Assembly: GCF_009914755.1 (NCBI RefSeq)
Contig: NC_060932.1
Direction: 5' to 3' (one strand)
DNA length: 64,000 nucleotides
Source of the DNA: the human T2T-CHM13v2.0 reference genome, Homo sapiens
Positions within the stretch are counted from its first letter, which is position 1, and every line of letters begins with the position of its first letter. Below, piece by piece: positions 1 through 15,682 of the stretch. The notes under the pieces are model-generated. The model ran no database searches. It saw nothing but the letters and a program-made list of their open reading frames with translations, and was not told the origin of the DNA. The translations under genes were made by a program, and so were the position numbers.

Positions 1-247
1 ACTCATCTCAACTGTTACCATTTCTCAGAATTCTTTCCTGACAACTCTTTACCTCTTACCTCCAAATAATATTAAGGTGCTTTTGTTCTTCTGTAGTTAC
101 TGTCTGCACACCCCTTTCTGTCAATGAACTTAAAATTGAGTCACGTGTCTGTTTCTGCTACTAAATTTTAAACTCACTGAGAGCAAAGAGCATATTTTAT
201 ATGGCTTTTATATTTCTAGTGTTTAATATATTACCTGAAAATATGCC

Positions 248-250
<3 letters not shown>

Positions 251-288
<38 letters not shown>

Positions 289-446
289 CACACATATATA
301 TATACACATATATATACACACACATATATATACACACATATATACACACATATATATACACATATATACACACATATATATATACACTAGGCATATATAT
401 ATACACTAGGCATATGTATATATATACTAGGCATATATATATACAA

Positions 447-488
<42 letters not shown>
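251..488. repeat. Compound (TG)/(TA)/(CA) microsatellite with embedded CTAGGCAT units
   Basis: Visible dinucleotide arrays. Confidence 0.95.
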
Positions 489-489
<1 letters not shown>

Positions 490-1337
490 TGGAAAACTTC
501 ATTCAAAAAATTGTTAAAATGCCTAATGCCTAGTTTCTTTGATTATTGATCACCTTTTTTTTTTTCACATGGTAAATTGATATACTAGAAAGATTAAATT
601 AGAGGCTTATGTCAGTATTTTTCAGGGAGAGAATGGAGGCCACATCAGTGTTTATTGAGTGATTGAATTGTAGTCTTATGGTGCAGACAGGTCCAGGAGA
701 AAGTAGGTGTAAGGTGGCCACTGTTTGGCCTTGGAAGGGGAACAGAAATATTTCAGTAGAGTGGTGAGGGCAGCAACCAAATTGCAAGGGTAGAAGAATC
801 GGTGACAAGCTTAGACATCATTATTTTAGGAAGTGAGTTCATCAAAGGAATTTTTTTCTCCCTTTTTCTTGTTGCTCTTGTTTATTTTAAGTAGTACATG
901 AGCCCCAAATCTGTTTGATGACCAAAAAAGGAGGGTTTAAATGAGGGAGGAGAAGGGAGGGAAGGCATTATCCTAGAAGATGACAGTGTGTAGGTATACC
1001 ACTTCAGAAAGTAGGAGGGTATATTTAATTTCAAGGACTCAATGCTAGACAAGATCGAGTGTAGTGTCTTTTTACAGAAATTTACATCAGAAATTATTTA
1101 AAATAAAAGCTGGGATTAGTATCTCAAAAGCACCTCAGTGTTTAGAATTAACAGATACAAATCAGATAAATATAGCAGGACTATCTGCATTTTTCTATAA
1201 ATGCATTATTTAACTTTCATTATTGAAAATTGTTTCTCGTATTTAATATTATTTAATATTTTTCTCATGCTTAATAATTTAGCATTTATATAGTACTCGA
1301 TAATTCATAAAGTGCTTATATAATCTTACCTTGAAGG

Positions 1338-1770
1338 TATCAAAAAACAAAATTATCACAAATTTAGTTACAGATCAAATTGGCTTTTATTCATGATCCA
1401 TGAATGGGGCAGTCTCCATTCTACAATATGGAATGAGAACTTCTGCTGGGTAGTGGCAGAACACTGGGTTTTGTGAGATGGGGACGAGGAAACAACAACA
1501 AAAAAAGCTGACTGGTTAATGTCAGGTTACTTTTTTGTAAGGATTAAAGCAGAGGGGAATTCCTTATTATGTTGACTCAGTCAGACTGTTACCTGTTTTT
1601 AGGGAAAGCTGGTCTGCTGGTCTGCTTTAACTGTCTGCTTCCTTGAACTTTTAGTTTGATTATGTGGCATTTAGCATGGGTGGCTTCATTTTGTCTTGGT
1701 CTGGTCTTTTGGGGCCTAGTGCAGGAGCTTAGTCCAAAAACAATGGCTTCCCATAAGTTTTTTTTTAACA
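1338..1770 (-). mobile_element. ERV1 (MER4-group) solo LTR
   Basis: Minus strand begins TGTTAAAA...TTATGGGAAGCCATTG...GGACTAAGCTCCTGCACTAGGCCCC; 4-bp TSD AAGG at 1334-1337 and 1771-1774. Confidence 0.7.
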
Positions 1771-1795
1771 AAGGCTACTGAAAGAGGTTAAATTA

Positions 1796-2164
<369 letters not shown>

Positions 2165-2840
2165 TTAGTGCTTTGTCACTAAAATGACAAAAGTAGTGTA
2201 CGTGAAACACATTTTCCTTGAAAGGGTGGTTAGTTAGTTTTGCTTTGGGTATGTAATTGTAACTTTTCTCATTAATTGGGACAAGAACCCTGATAAGAAG
2301 AGCACATTAAATTGCTCTGATCATATTTTCTGGTGTGACTGAAGCCTTGCTGTGATGCAGGGCTATTTAGAAGGCAAGGACATAGATGGAATTTAAAGTA
2401 CTCAAAAATGTACTTGATTAGAATTAATGAGAATGAAAAGAGAATTGAGTTAAATAGCTTCACTAGCTATTGGACTTGAATTTCTGTAAATAAAGTGAAT
2501 TTTATGTGTTGGTTGCTTTGAGGGAGAGAAATAAATTTGTATTCATTATGTAACTAATAGTTTAGAGTAGGTGGGTCATAGAATAATTTTGAGAACAAGG
2601 CTTTCATATAGCTTAGAAATGGTTAAAATTGGCATTAAAAAGGGAATCTACAGAAAAATCAAGATTTGGTGCTTCATACTCAAAACTGTGATATGTATGG
2701 TGCATTTTAATGTAAGAATATGTTTTGCTTACATTATACATGTTAATGAGAGGTAAATTTTGAGGTAATGTACTGTAAAGCAGAAGAGTTTTCTGTGTAA
2801 TTGTTTGAGAGGAATAAATCTTTAAAAATAAAAAATATTT

Positions 2841-3097
2841 CAGTGCTTTGGGAGTCTGGGGTGGGAGGCTCACTTGAGCTAAGGAGTTCTGGACCAGCCT
2901 GGGTAACATAGACCCCATCTCTACAAAAAACAAACAAAGAAATTAACCAGGCATGGTGGTGCGTGCCTGTAGTGTCAACTACTTGAGAGTCTCAGGCAGG
3001 AGGATAGCAGGAGTCCAATAGTTAGACCCTACAGTGAGCCATGATTATGCCACTGCACTCTATCCTGGGCGACAAAAGTGAGACCCTGCCTCGAAAG

Positions 3098-3144
<47 letters not shown>

Positions 3145-3176
3145 AAGAAGAAAGAGAGAAAGAAAGAAAGAGAGAA
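2841..3176 (+). mobile_element. AluJ (5'-truncated) with (GAAA)n/(GA)n tail microsatellite
   Basis: Diverged Alu dimer; purine repeat 3094-3176. Confidence 0.85.
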
Positions 3177-3966
3177 AATAAAGTAAAATTAAAAATTAAA
3201 AATACAATTGAGTAGAAACTCACTTTCTATAAGAAAATGAAGTGGCTGAAAAATAGGAAGAGAGTGCATTTATGATAGGGGAGATGTGAGATATATCTGA
3301 AAAAGAAAAGTCAAGAAACAAGGACTAGATTTATGTTACTGGAAAAGAAGATGTAAAAATTAGAGAGTAAGAGAAAACAGAACCAAAAGGCTCAGAAAAA
3401 AATCTATGTATTAACGTTAATTAAAAATTAATGTATTAACTCCCTCTGGTTGAAAATCTGAAATTGGGTGATAACGAATAGTAAGAATTGGGTATTCATA
3501 CTAACTTAGGAAATTGGGCCTTTTGAAGAAAAATACATTTTTCTCATAGAAATACTTCCTAAAGGGCCATATATTGTGCACTGAAAGGAACTTTGAAATT
3601 GACTAAAAATACAGAAAGATGGAGGGAAGATAGTCGAAGTTATTAGATTCTGTGGTTAGATAGGCATTTTTAGGCTTCAATACCTTTTAGGTTCCACATT
3701 TATTGGGTGTTTAAAATAAACACCCAAATTAAAGTCAGAGGCTAAAAGGTACCTGTAGATTCCATGTTTATTTGTTATTTGTCTGGTAGATATTGCAAGT
3801 ACTCTTCAAATCACTGGAATGGTACAGCTCAGAAGTGCTATTCTGTTTTACTCTGCAGCACACTTGTAAGTTATCAGGAGAGGGGCATTCTTGTGTTTTG
3901 AATATGAATGGATCAATCAGTGATATAGGGAGAGGTCAAGTGTGGACAAGAAAGCTTTAATTTTTT

Positions 3967-4085
3967 GGCGGGTCACAGTGGTTGATGCCTGTAATCCCAG
4001 CACTTTGGGAGGCCCAGGTGGGAGGATCACTTGAGGCCAGAGGTTAAAGACTAGCCTGGGCAAATAGTGAGACCCTGTCTCTATT
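3967..4085 (+). mobile_element. Alu left monomer (FLAM-like)
   Basis: Monomer only. Confidence 0.8.
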
Positions 4086-6229
4086 TATATATAAAAAGCT
4101 TTAAAAGAAATCACATAGCTTCTTTCCCAAATAGTTAGATGTATACATTGAGAACACCAAGTTTATTTGAAGGGAGAGAGAAAGGCACAATAAAGACAGA
4201 ACCTGGGAAGAAAAGCCCAATGGGAGATAGAAGTGAAAAGTGATATTAACGTGGCACTGGTAAAATTGGAAACAATTGTACTTAGCCTGTTTTCTTGACA
4301 TAACGTATGTGAAAATTTGAAACTATGAAGTGCTTCGCAAATGTAAAGTATTAATGACATTGCCAGTAGGTCCCCTACAGTGAAGGGATGCCGGAGAGTG
4401 CTGGAGAGACTGTAGTTCCTGAGTTAAGCAGACCAATTCTAAGGGAAGAGTGCAGTGGTAGAGATTCCTAGTGGGAGATTGTGGGAAGAATAGGACCCAT
4501 CAAGTTCAGGATGGGGCCATATGAGCTAGTGAATGGAATGGAGATCAGCAAGATACAGGAAGGGTGAGTTGTTGGCATAGATGCAGAGGCTGTGATGGCT
4601 TGGGGTATGATGGCATGGGGATGATGGGTGATGGCATGGGCCAGGGAAGAACAGTAGCACTAGTTGGAAATGTCTTTGATTAGGGAGATCAGTGGTGATG
4701 ATATGGACAGAGAGTCTGTTAAAAGTAAATGATTCGGAGGGCTAAAAGACCCTGGGTATTGAGAAAGCCTCTTACTCTTCCCTCTTCCCTTCTCCTGACA
4801 TGTAGTTCCAGTGATATGATTTTGAGCCTTAGTGATGAGTAGTTCCTATCAAATTGGTTTTTCCTTTCTGAATTTGCAGGTCACATGGAAATGAAAAATC
4901 TAACAGAATTATATTTTTATAACAGGATTCCACTAGAAAAGTTTCTTTGAGATACATCAAGAGAGCTGTCTAGGCAGTTAGAGCCATTACACTGTTCACT
5001 AGGATTATCAAAAATCCCAGTTTGGCCAGAACTGAGAGGTTTCCCAGGATGCAAGTTTAAAACCTGATGCTCCTGAGCAAACTGGGACGAGTTGGTCACC
5101 CTCCTGTTTACTCTTTCATTTTATAAATTCATTGAAATGACCAGTATTTCTATGTAGAAGTAATATTACTATATTCGTATATATAATTTAATTTAAAATT
5201 AAGTCCTCTATTTTGTAGTTTACATTTTAATGAAATATTTATTTTATGCTTTGGAGTTGCTCTATTGAGGGGGGAGACTGCATGGTTCATCCATTTTTAT
5301 CTTTGCCACATTCATTGAGTTTTAAATTTGGTGCTTGATAAAATAGCTTTGCCTAAGTGCAGGCTTTCTAACCTTTTAGGTTCCACATTTATTGAACTAA
5401 ACTGCTCTGTTACATATCATCCTATCTTGTTACTGAGTTTTTTTCTTGTGTATTAGTGTTGTCTTCAAAATTAGACTCAGTATTGAAGCCAGGACTTTGT
5501 CTTCTACCATTTCTGTATCCTTGCCATACCCACTTTATAAACTAGGCAGCCAATAAGTATGTTTGTTAATTGATCCAGGCACATAGATATGTGACAGCAT
5601 TTATTTGACTTTTCAAAGTCTTAACACTGCAGAGTGTGCAGAATGAATCAGATCTATTCTAATTGGATTTCTTTCTTTCTTTCTCTTTCTTTCTTTCACA
5701 ATTTTGCTTCTGACTTGAGAAAGACATTTTGAAGTAAGCAGGCAATTAAGATATGCCTTCTAAATGAGGATTTGATAGATCTATAACCTAAGAGTACTGG
5801 AAATGTCGTTTATTATCTACATTCAGGACTTTTTTCTGTTCTTTGCAGTTGAATAATAGTGAACCTTTATACAATTCTGTGGGATTTTCAAAGGGTTGGA
5901 CTAACATAATCAGCTTAGATATTACTGACCATACCCTCTGAGCATAGATTATGACCTAAAACTCAGACTTTGTTTTTTCTTTTGCCAACCCTGCTTTCTA
6001 AATTGCTGAACCTAAATTGATCATATAGTTTTTCTGTCTTTTTATATCCTGGGGACCAAGGACAACTTGATAAAAGTCATACCACTATGCAGATTGTTGT
6101 CCCTGAGGGCTTGTGATAAGCACAGTATTAATACGGCTCAGCAGAATTTGATCAGCACTCTCTCATTCTGTTCAACATTTATTCCAAAATATCTCCACTG
6201 TGAACAAGCCCATTGTCTTCCATGGAAGT

Positions 6230-7330
6230 TAATACCACTTACATAAACCGTGACTCCCAAATGTTTCTTCTCCATGGACCTGTTTCCTCAACTGCATGCT
6301 TCTCTAACTAGCTGTCTATTACACCTGGTTGTTAGCAATTTTCTTTTGAACTGCATATCCAAATGAAACTTGTATATTTAACCTCCTTCTCCCACAATAA
6401 AAACAATAAGTCATCTTTATTGAGTCTTTACTTCGTGTCATATACTCTAAGTGCTAAGTGTTTTACATGTATTATCTCATTTAATTCACATTGTAACATG
6501 AGATAGATGACTTTGTTTTTCCTATTCTACTGCTACAGGAAATGAGCCATGGAAAAGTTAACTTGGTCATACAGCTCTTAAGTGGCAGAACTGGAAATGA
6601 AATTCAAATAATCTTACTCTTCTCTCTATCCTGGTTAGGGAACCATCATCCACTCAGACAATGAAGTGGGAAATTTTAGTTTTTCAGATTCTTGTTTTTT
6701 TGTAACCCTCAGCCATCCTATAGTCATCTGGTCAAAGACCTTATATGTATCCTGAGTTTTTCTTTCATGGTGCCAATGCTCTAGTTCAGATAAGCTCACT
6801 ATCTTAAATCTAACCCCCAGAGCTTCCAAAGTTATTTTTCCAAAATGCAATTCTCATCACTGAAACCATCAGGATAAACTTTAAAGTACTATGCATGGTA
6901 TATTTTAAATACAATATAAACTATTCCATAGGATCCTATGCAGTTTAGACCCTCTCTGTTTGCCTGATCACGTTACACTGTCCTTATGTTCCATTGTCCA
7001 CTATGCAAGCAGTTCTCTGGATGTGCCGTTCTTTCTGTAATTCTCTCTTGAAGAATTACACACTTCAAGACGCAGTTCTCTCAGAGGTTATCTTCTCTGT
7101 GATCCCTTTCTTGATCCCTGAAGGCTGGATTATCTACTTTCTCTTGTGTGCCCCAGATGTAGTACTTTACCTTTTGCATCTATTTTAGGAATTATCACAC
7201 TGAAAGCTATTTATTTGTTTACAGGGTTGTCTCCTCACAGACTATGAGCTCCTTGAAAGAGGGAATCGTGTCTTACTCATCTTTGTATCCCCAGTGTCTA
7301 GCAGTTCCTGATACATAGTAAGTGGTTAAC
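6230..7330 (+). mobile_element. L2 3' region, interrupted by a MIR-like segment at about 6410-6620
   Basis: L2 terminal motifs (gagctccttga...tcttactcatctttgtatccccagtg...catagtaagtg). Confidence 0.6.
7225..7317 (+). other. WWP1: WWP1 non-coding 5'UTR exon (probable exon 2, 93 nt), exonised from an L2 3' end
   Basis: tttatttgtttacag|GGTTGT...GATACATA|gtaagt; sequence resembles the L2 3' terminus; consistent with my recall of the WWP1 mRNA 5'UTR. Confidence 0.8.
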
Positions 7331-8461
7331 AATTTTTTTAAAACTAAGACTATAATTAATAGTCAGACTTCATACATTTTGATAGTTAATTATGTAGACC
7401 TAGTAATACGTTGTCATAAAAAATATGGCTATAGACTTCTAATACTCCTGAGGCTCAGTTTTCTCATCTCTAAGATAGACAGAGTGCCTCCCTCCTCACA
7501 CAGTGTTACTGTAATGCTCAGATGGGAGAATATATGACAGTACCTTATCTTTTAAGTGTCATACAACTTTATTAAATGAAGTGCGGAGAATAATTGTTGA
7601 AATTGATAATTTTATTTGCTGTATCTCTTCACTTTTAAGGCAAGATGGTATCATTTTTTAACTATCTCTCATGGTTTTAGTTTAAATTTGCAGTTACTGC
7701 TTACCAGAACATGTGCTCTTGAGTCTGGGGATTGGGTGATATGAAAGGGTTTATATAGAATAAAGAGAAAAATAGATTGGGGGTGGGGATCAGGGTACAG
7801 AGAAAGTTTCATGTAGTAAAGTGAATAGTTTTTTACCTGATTGGCACTGTTCCCCAGTTTGCACAGTATTGTAAACTTTTAAGATTCTTCTCAAATAAGT
7901 AATCTATGCCTCTTGCCTTTATTCTCAGTAGTTATCTTTCTGTTTAATTCCCTAATAAGGTTCTTTGATTTTTGTTTAATCTACCTCCATATGAATCAAT
8001 ATCTTCACCTATCCTTAAATCCCTCATTTACTGCCTAGAGGAAGAAGTGTCTTTTTCTTGGAAGACTAAATGCTGTCTGAAAGCTGTATCTGTCCTTCTT
8101 TTGCATCACAGGCCCCAGTAATTACACTTGATGAGTTAGTGATTTATACTTTACTGTATCTACTTCCGTGCCTTCCATACATTCTTTAAATTAAAAAAAA
8201 AACCCATGTAATTTGAGTGTACCAGATAATATGTAACATATGCAAGTCAATAATAAAAAACATTTGGGAACCAACTGCTCAGCTGAAGAACTAGATCAAT
8301 CCCAATATGGTTAAAGAGCTGTGAAAACCTCTCTGATTCCATATTCTTACCTTTTCCCAGCCCCTAAAGTAAGTGCTATCCTGAACTTGTTTCCATCTTT
8401 TCTTTTTAAAATACCACAAATATGATTGTTTGATTTGAATTTCATAATCATGTTTGTAGGC

Positions 8462-9482
<1,021 letters not shown>

Positions 9483-10131
9483 GTAGTTCATTCGTTCTCA
9501 CTACTATATAATGCTCCATTGTATGAGTTAGGCTAATTTATGTAACCATTTTTCTACCAATGGACATCTGAGTATTTTTCAATTTTTTTGTTATTATGAA
9601 GAATGCTTATACTTGGTACACAGGTACAAAAAATTTTATAAAATTCAAAATTACTCATTGAAGGGCATACAAATGTTTAGCTTTAAATGATAATGCCAAA
9701 TTATTTTCCAACAGGATTTTGCCATCTGAAAACGCCTACCAGCGGTGTATAAGAGCCACCACTGTTGCATGTTTTTTGCCATTATTTGGCACTATCAACA
9801 TTCCTAGTTTTTACCATTCTAATGAATTTAAAAATGACATCTGTGTGGTTTGTATTTCTCTGATGGGCAGTGAGATTCAACATTGTTTCATGTTTGTTGG
9901 CCTTAGAAATCTCCTTTTCTGTATAATTACAGTTAAGCCTTTTGCCTATTTGCCTAATGTGTTATCTTTTTCTTATTTGTAAGTATTCTTATATATGTAG
10001 TTTAAATACTAATCTTTAATTAGTTTTTTGTTTCGCAAATTTATTCCAGTTTCTGGCATATCTTTTCATTTTCTTTATGATGTCCTGATGAACAGAAGTC
10101 TCAGTTTCCGTGTAGTCAAAATATTCACCCT

Positions 10132-10730
<599 letters not shown>

Positions 10731-12336
10731 TATTCACACTTTTCTTATTTGGTTAGTATGCCCCTGTCTCTTAAGAAATCCTTCCATCCTGAGAGGACAC
10801 AAAACAATAGTTTTCTGCTGTAATTTATTCTAAAAGTTCTACTGTTTCCCTTTCATATTTATGTCATTGGTCCATCTTGAATTGGTTTTATATATGATGT
10901 GCAGTAGGGGTCCAGTTTCATTTTTTTTCCATATGGATAATTCCAGGTTTCTTTAAGTGTCCCTCTTTTCTCATGGATCTGCATTGCTACATCTTTTATG
11001 TGGGTTTGTCCTTATATGCATTGGTCTGTTTTAGGGCTTCCTATTTTGTTTCATTTTTTTCCCCTTCGTTAGTCTTATCAGACATTTATTTATCTTAGTG
11101 TTTTCTAAGAAGTAGCTCTGACTTTGTTGATCCTTTCTGTTACCTTCTTTCTACTTCATTAGTTTCTGCTCTTTATTAACTCCTTTCTTTGGGTTTGTTC
11201 TATTTTTCTCTTTCAGACTTACCAGATGACCTACTAACACATCAGTTTTCAACCTTTCCTTTCCTAGTATGTCTTTAAGGCTATAAATTTGCCTCTAAGT
11301 ATAACTTTTCCCACACATTTTTATATGTGGTATTTTTGTTTTTCAGTTCTTAGTTTGTTTTTTTTTTTTTTGTAATTTCCAACATGGTTTCTTTTGATTC
11401 ACTAAATATTTAGAAGTGTTTTTAAATTCTATTTATAGTTTTCAAATTTATCTTTTGTTACTGATTTTTAACTTAATTGTATTACGGACAGAAACTTAGA
11501 ACATTTTTTGAAATTTAGTGAGATTTTCATTATATTTCAGTGTATTTTTTTTGTTTGTCACTCATGTTTCATGAATACCTGAGAAAAATTTTTATTTTCT
11601 GATAGTTGGTTATGAGGTTCTGTTGATGTTATTAAATCCTGCTTGTTCATTATTATTTTTTTTGTCTGCTTGACTTATGATTAATTGGGATGTGTTGAAA
11701 TCACCCACAACAATGGCCAATTTGTCAATTTCTTCCTGTAGTTTTTACTGTATTTTGAGGCTTCCCACCCCATGTAGACTGTGAATTTTATTTTGTCTTG
11801 TCTGGATAGAGATTTTTGTTGTTGTTGAGACAGAGTCTCGCTCTGTTGCCCAGACTGGTGGCTTGTTTTCATATAAATTTGATTTTTAAGATTATAGACT
11901 CAGACTTGGTTGCTCTTCGTCTTAGGTACTCCCAATGGCTTAAATTGGGGTACTTTCCTAAAACATACGTATATGCTTCTGCCATATGTTAGGAGTTTCT
12001 ACTGACTTGGGCCCTTTGCTTGGTATGGGAATCTCACTCCTTCCCCTTGTAGCAGGCCCAGTGCTTTGTCTGTTCCTGTAGCAGGCATATCCAGGGCAAC
12101 ATTCTAATGTTTATTTTTATTTTTGCTTACTACTCACCATTTTTTCTGTTATTTCAACTAACTTTAGGGTTTTCTTTTAATGGGATGGTAATAGGCTTGA
12201 TAATTTTCATGTACTTTTTGAGAACTTCTTAGTTGATTTAAACAAGTAGTTTTAATATCTTGAAAATTACAAACTCTTATCTAACACATGAATAAATTCC
12301 CCTTTTTTAAAATAGGTTTTAGCTGAATTTTGGGAC

Positions 12337-12406
12337 ATGGCCACTGCTTCACCAAGGTCTGATACTAGTAATAACCACAGTGGAAGGTTGCAGTTACAGG
12401 TAACTG
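12337..12406 (+). CDS. WWP1: WWP1 first coding exon (exon 3; exon begins 12316), MATASPRSDTSNNHSGRLQLQVT
   Basis: ATG in strong Kozak context GACATGG; acceptor aatag|G at 12315/6; donor G|gtaagt; matches recalled WWP1 N-terminus. Confidence 0.97.
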
Positions 12407-12998
12407 GTAAGTTATTTTTATATTTAATATGGTGATTCCCTGATGAACTTTTCTTTTGAATACCTAATTCAGCAGACTTATTCCAGAAATAGAATTTCTT
12501 TTAGATTCATACTATGGCATATTTGTTGCAACAAGCCTCAAAGGTAGATGCCCTCCAAAACTATATTATTTATTCAGTAAATATTTATTGAACCTATGCT
12601 GGATGAAGAGAAGATATAGCCTCTGTAATGGTGGGAGAATTTGGGCTTTTGAATAAGTATCATTGCATTGGCCCTTAAATGATTAATAGGATGGAGCAGG
12701 ATGCCAAAGGCCTTCTTACATACATTTAGCCATTTGTTCAATCATTGGGCAAATATTTAAGTGGGATTACACAGTACTGTAATTCCCATGGTACTCATTA
12801 TATGAATTTAGTTATTTCTAGGAGGTTTCAGTTAACAGAGCTAGGAAATGTTTCTTGTAGAAAGCAAAAAATAAAAAATATTTTAACATCCTGAGTTCAT
12901 GCTGATATTTCCAATTCATAATAATAACTGTAGTCTATAAGTACCATTTTCTACTAAAAGGAAACAAAATTTAAATTAATTTGACTTTATATTCATAT

Positions 12999-13282
12999 CT
13001 TTTTTTTTCTTTTGAGATAGGGTCTCACTTTCTCTCCCTGGCTGGAGTACGGTGGCGCAAACATACCTCCTTGTAGCCTCAAACTACTGGGCTGAAGTGA
13101 TCCTCGTGCTTCAGCCTCCCAAGTAGTTGGGACTGCAGATGTTCAACACCTTGCCTGGCTAATTTAAAAAAAAATTTTTTTAGAGACAGGGTCTCACTAT
13201 GTTGCCCACGCTGGTCTTGAACTCTTTGTTTCAAGCAATCCTTTTGCACCACCCTCCCAAATTGAGCCACTGTGCCTGGCCT
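12999..13282 (-). mobile_element. AluJ
   Basis: Diverged antisense dimer. Confidence 0.85.
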
Positions 13283-14572
13283 GTAACTCTCTCCTCTTAA
13301 TCAAAAAATCTCCATTCAAAATGACATTATCATAATATCTGTTTTTATCCTACTACACCAGTTCAAAATAACATGAAAATTACCAAAAACAGAGGGAGAA
13401 GGAGGTGAAAAAAAGGTAATTTAAAAAATTACCAAAAACAATAGGTCTACTCATTGCAGTTTAAGATTTCTTTGTGTGTTTTCCCCCTTTAGGACGTATA
13501 ATCAAAATACCATGTTTTAATGTACTTTAGTAATTCTCTATTTGGTTATATCACCAAATTGATAATTAGTTAAGTTCATCGTTTTCAGTTTTTTTTTTAA
13601 TTTTGTTTTATAACCTTGTAAGACATTTACATAGTCCCAGAGTCAAAACCAAGGTACATTTAGAGAGGTCTGGCTACTTGGTCCCATTTTCCCACTTCTC
13701 TCCCTTGCCCTGTAGGTTCACATTTTTATTAGTTTTGCTTTATCCTTCTGTTGCTTCTTTTTGAAAATATAAGCAGATACATGTGCAGTATACGTATCTC
13801 ATCTCTCCTCTTAATCTCCTAATTCTTGCATACTTCTCTGTGCTTTGCTTTTTTTAACTTTACAGTATTATTCTGGAGTTTGTTTCATAACAGAATATTC
13901 TTTTTCATCATTGCGCCATATCCTGTTGAATAGATGTAAAAAAGCTAACTAGTCTCCTTTTGCTGGACATTGGCGTTCCACTGTTTGCTATTACCAATAG
14001 TGCTGCAACAAATAACTTCATACAAAAGTCGTTTCTTATGTCTGCTCATGTATCAATAGGATAGGATCCTAGAATGAGATTGCTGGGTCAAAGGGTAGAC
14101 ACATGTAATTTTGCCAGGTATTGCCAAGTTCCTCTCCATGGGGTCTGCACCATTTTGTGTCTACACCAGCTATACATGACAGTGCCTGTTTTCCCAAAGC
14201 CTAACCAAAATCTGTTGTCAAGCTTTGGGATTGTTCATAATTAGACACTGAAGTGGTATCTTAGTGTTATTTAAAATAGCATTTCTCTCACTGTAAGGTT
14301 GAACTATAAGGGATATTTGGATTTTGGTTTCTGTGAATAATGGGCATCTATTTTTGAAACAGTTCTGATGAAGCTGATAGGTACTCCACTGAAGAACCAC
14401 TTACATAATTCCTTCTACTTTTGCTCTGTATAAGAAGCTTAGAGCCCTATTTTCACTACATTTTCAGTTTATTGTAACTTGCGTAGGACCAATGGACAGT
14501 ACACCTGAGGTGTAACTTTCAAATGATCTTGACCTATGTATAAGAGTTCTTAGGTAAAATAAGAAAAAACTA

Positions 14573-14890
14573 GGCCAGGCGCGGTGGCTCATGCCTGTAA
14601 TCCCAGCACTTTGGGAGGCCGAGGCAGGTGGATCACGTGAGGCCAGGAGTTTGTGACTGGCCTGGCCAACATGGTGAAACCCCATCTCTACTAAAAATAC
14701 AAAAATTAGCCGGGCATAGTGGCACATGCCTGTAATCCCAGCTACTTGGGAGGCTTAGGCATGAGAATCACTTGAACACTGGAGGTGGAGGTTGCAGTGA
14801 GCCGAGATGGCGTCACTGCATTCCAGCCTGGGGGATAAAGTGAGGCTCTGTCTCAAAAAAAAAAGAAAGAAAAAGAAAAGAAAAAGAAAA
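14573..14890 (+). mobile_element. AluS
   Basis: Dimer with A-rich tail. Confidence 0.9.
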
Positions 14891-15324
14891 ACCTGATCTG
14901 GCTAATTTGAGGTGAAAAAGAACATACTGAAAGACTATCAGGTGACTCAAATCTGGAGAACCAGTTGGAAAATAGATGTGGACCAAGGCAGTCTAAGTAG
15001 CCAAAACAATGCCATGACAGTATTTATCATTTTGAGCGTCAGTTGCTGCTCTCCTTTGAAATACAGTGATCCTTTTGGGAAAGAATGATCATGGACCTGT
15101 GCTAAATGGCACCAGGTTTTAGTGCCTTCTTTTCTTCTTGTCTTTGTCTTCCGTTTTGTTGATCTAATTTTTAAAATAAAAGTCACCTTAAAATTACCAG
15201 TCTTACTGATCTCACAATAACTTCTGCAATAAAGATTACTACTCCTGATTTGTCAGTGAGGACACTGAGAATCAGAGGGATTAAGTGCCTTGGGTTAATA
15301 ATGAGAAACCAACTGAGGTCTTAG

Positions 15325-15682
<358 letters not shown>

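Noticed and set aside
197-533. YI/HT-rich ORFs on both strands
   Set aside because: Translation of a dinucleotide microsatellite.
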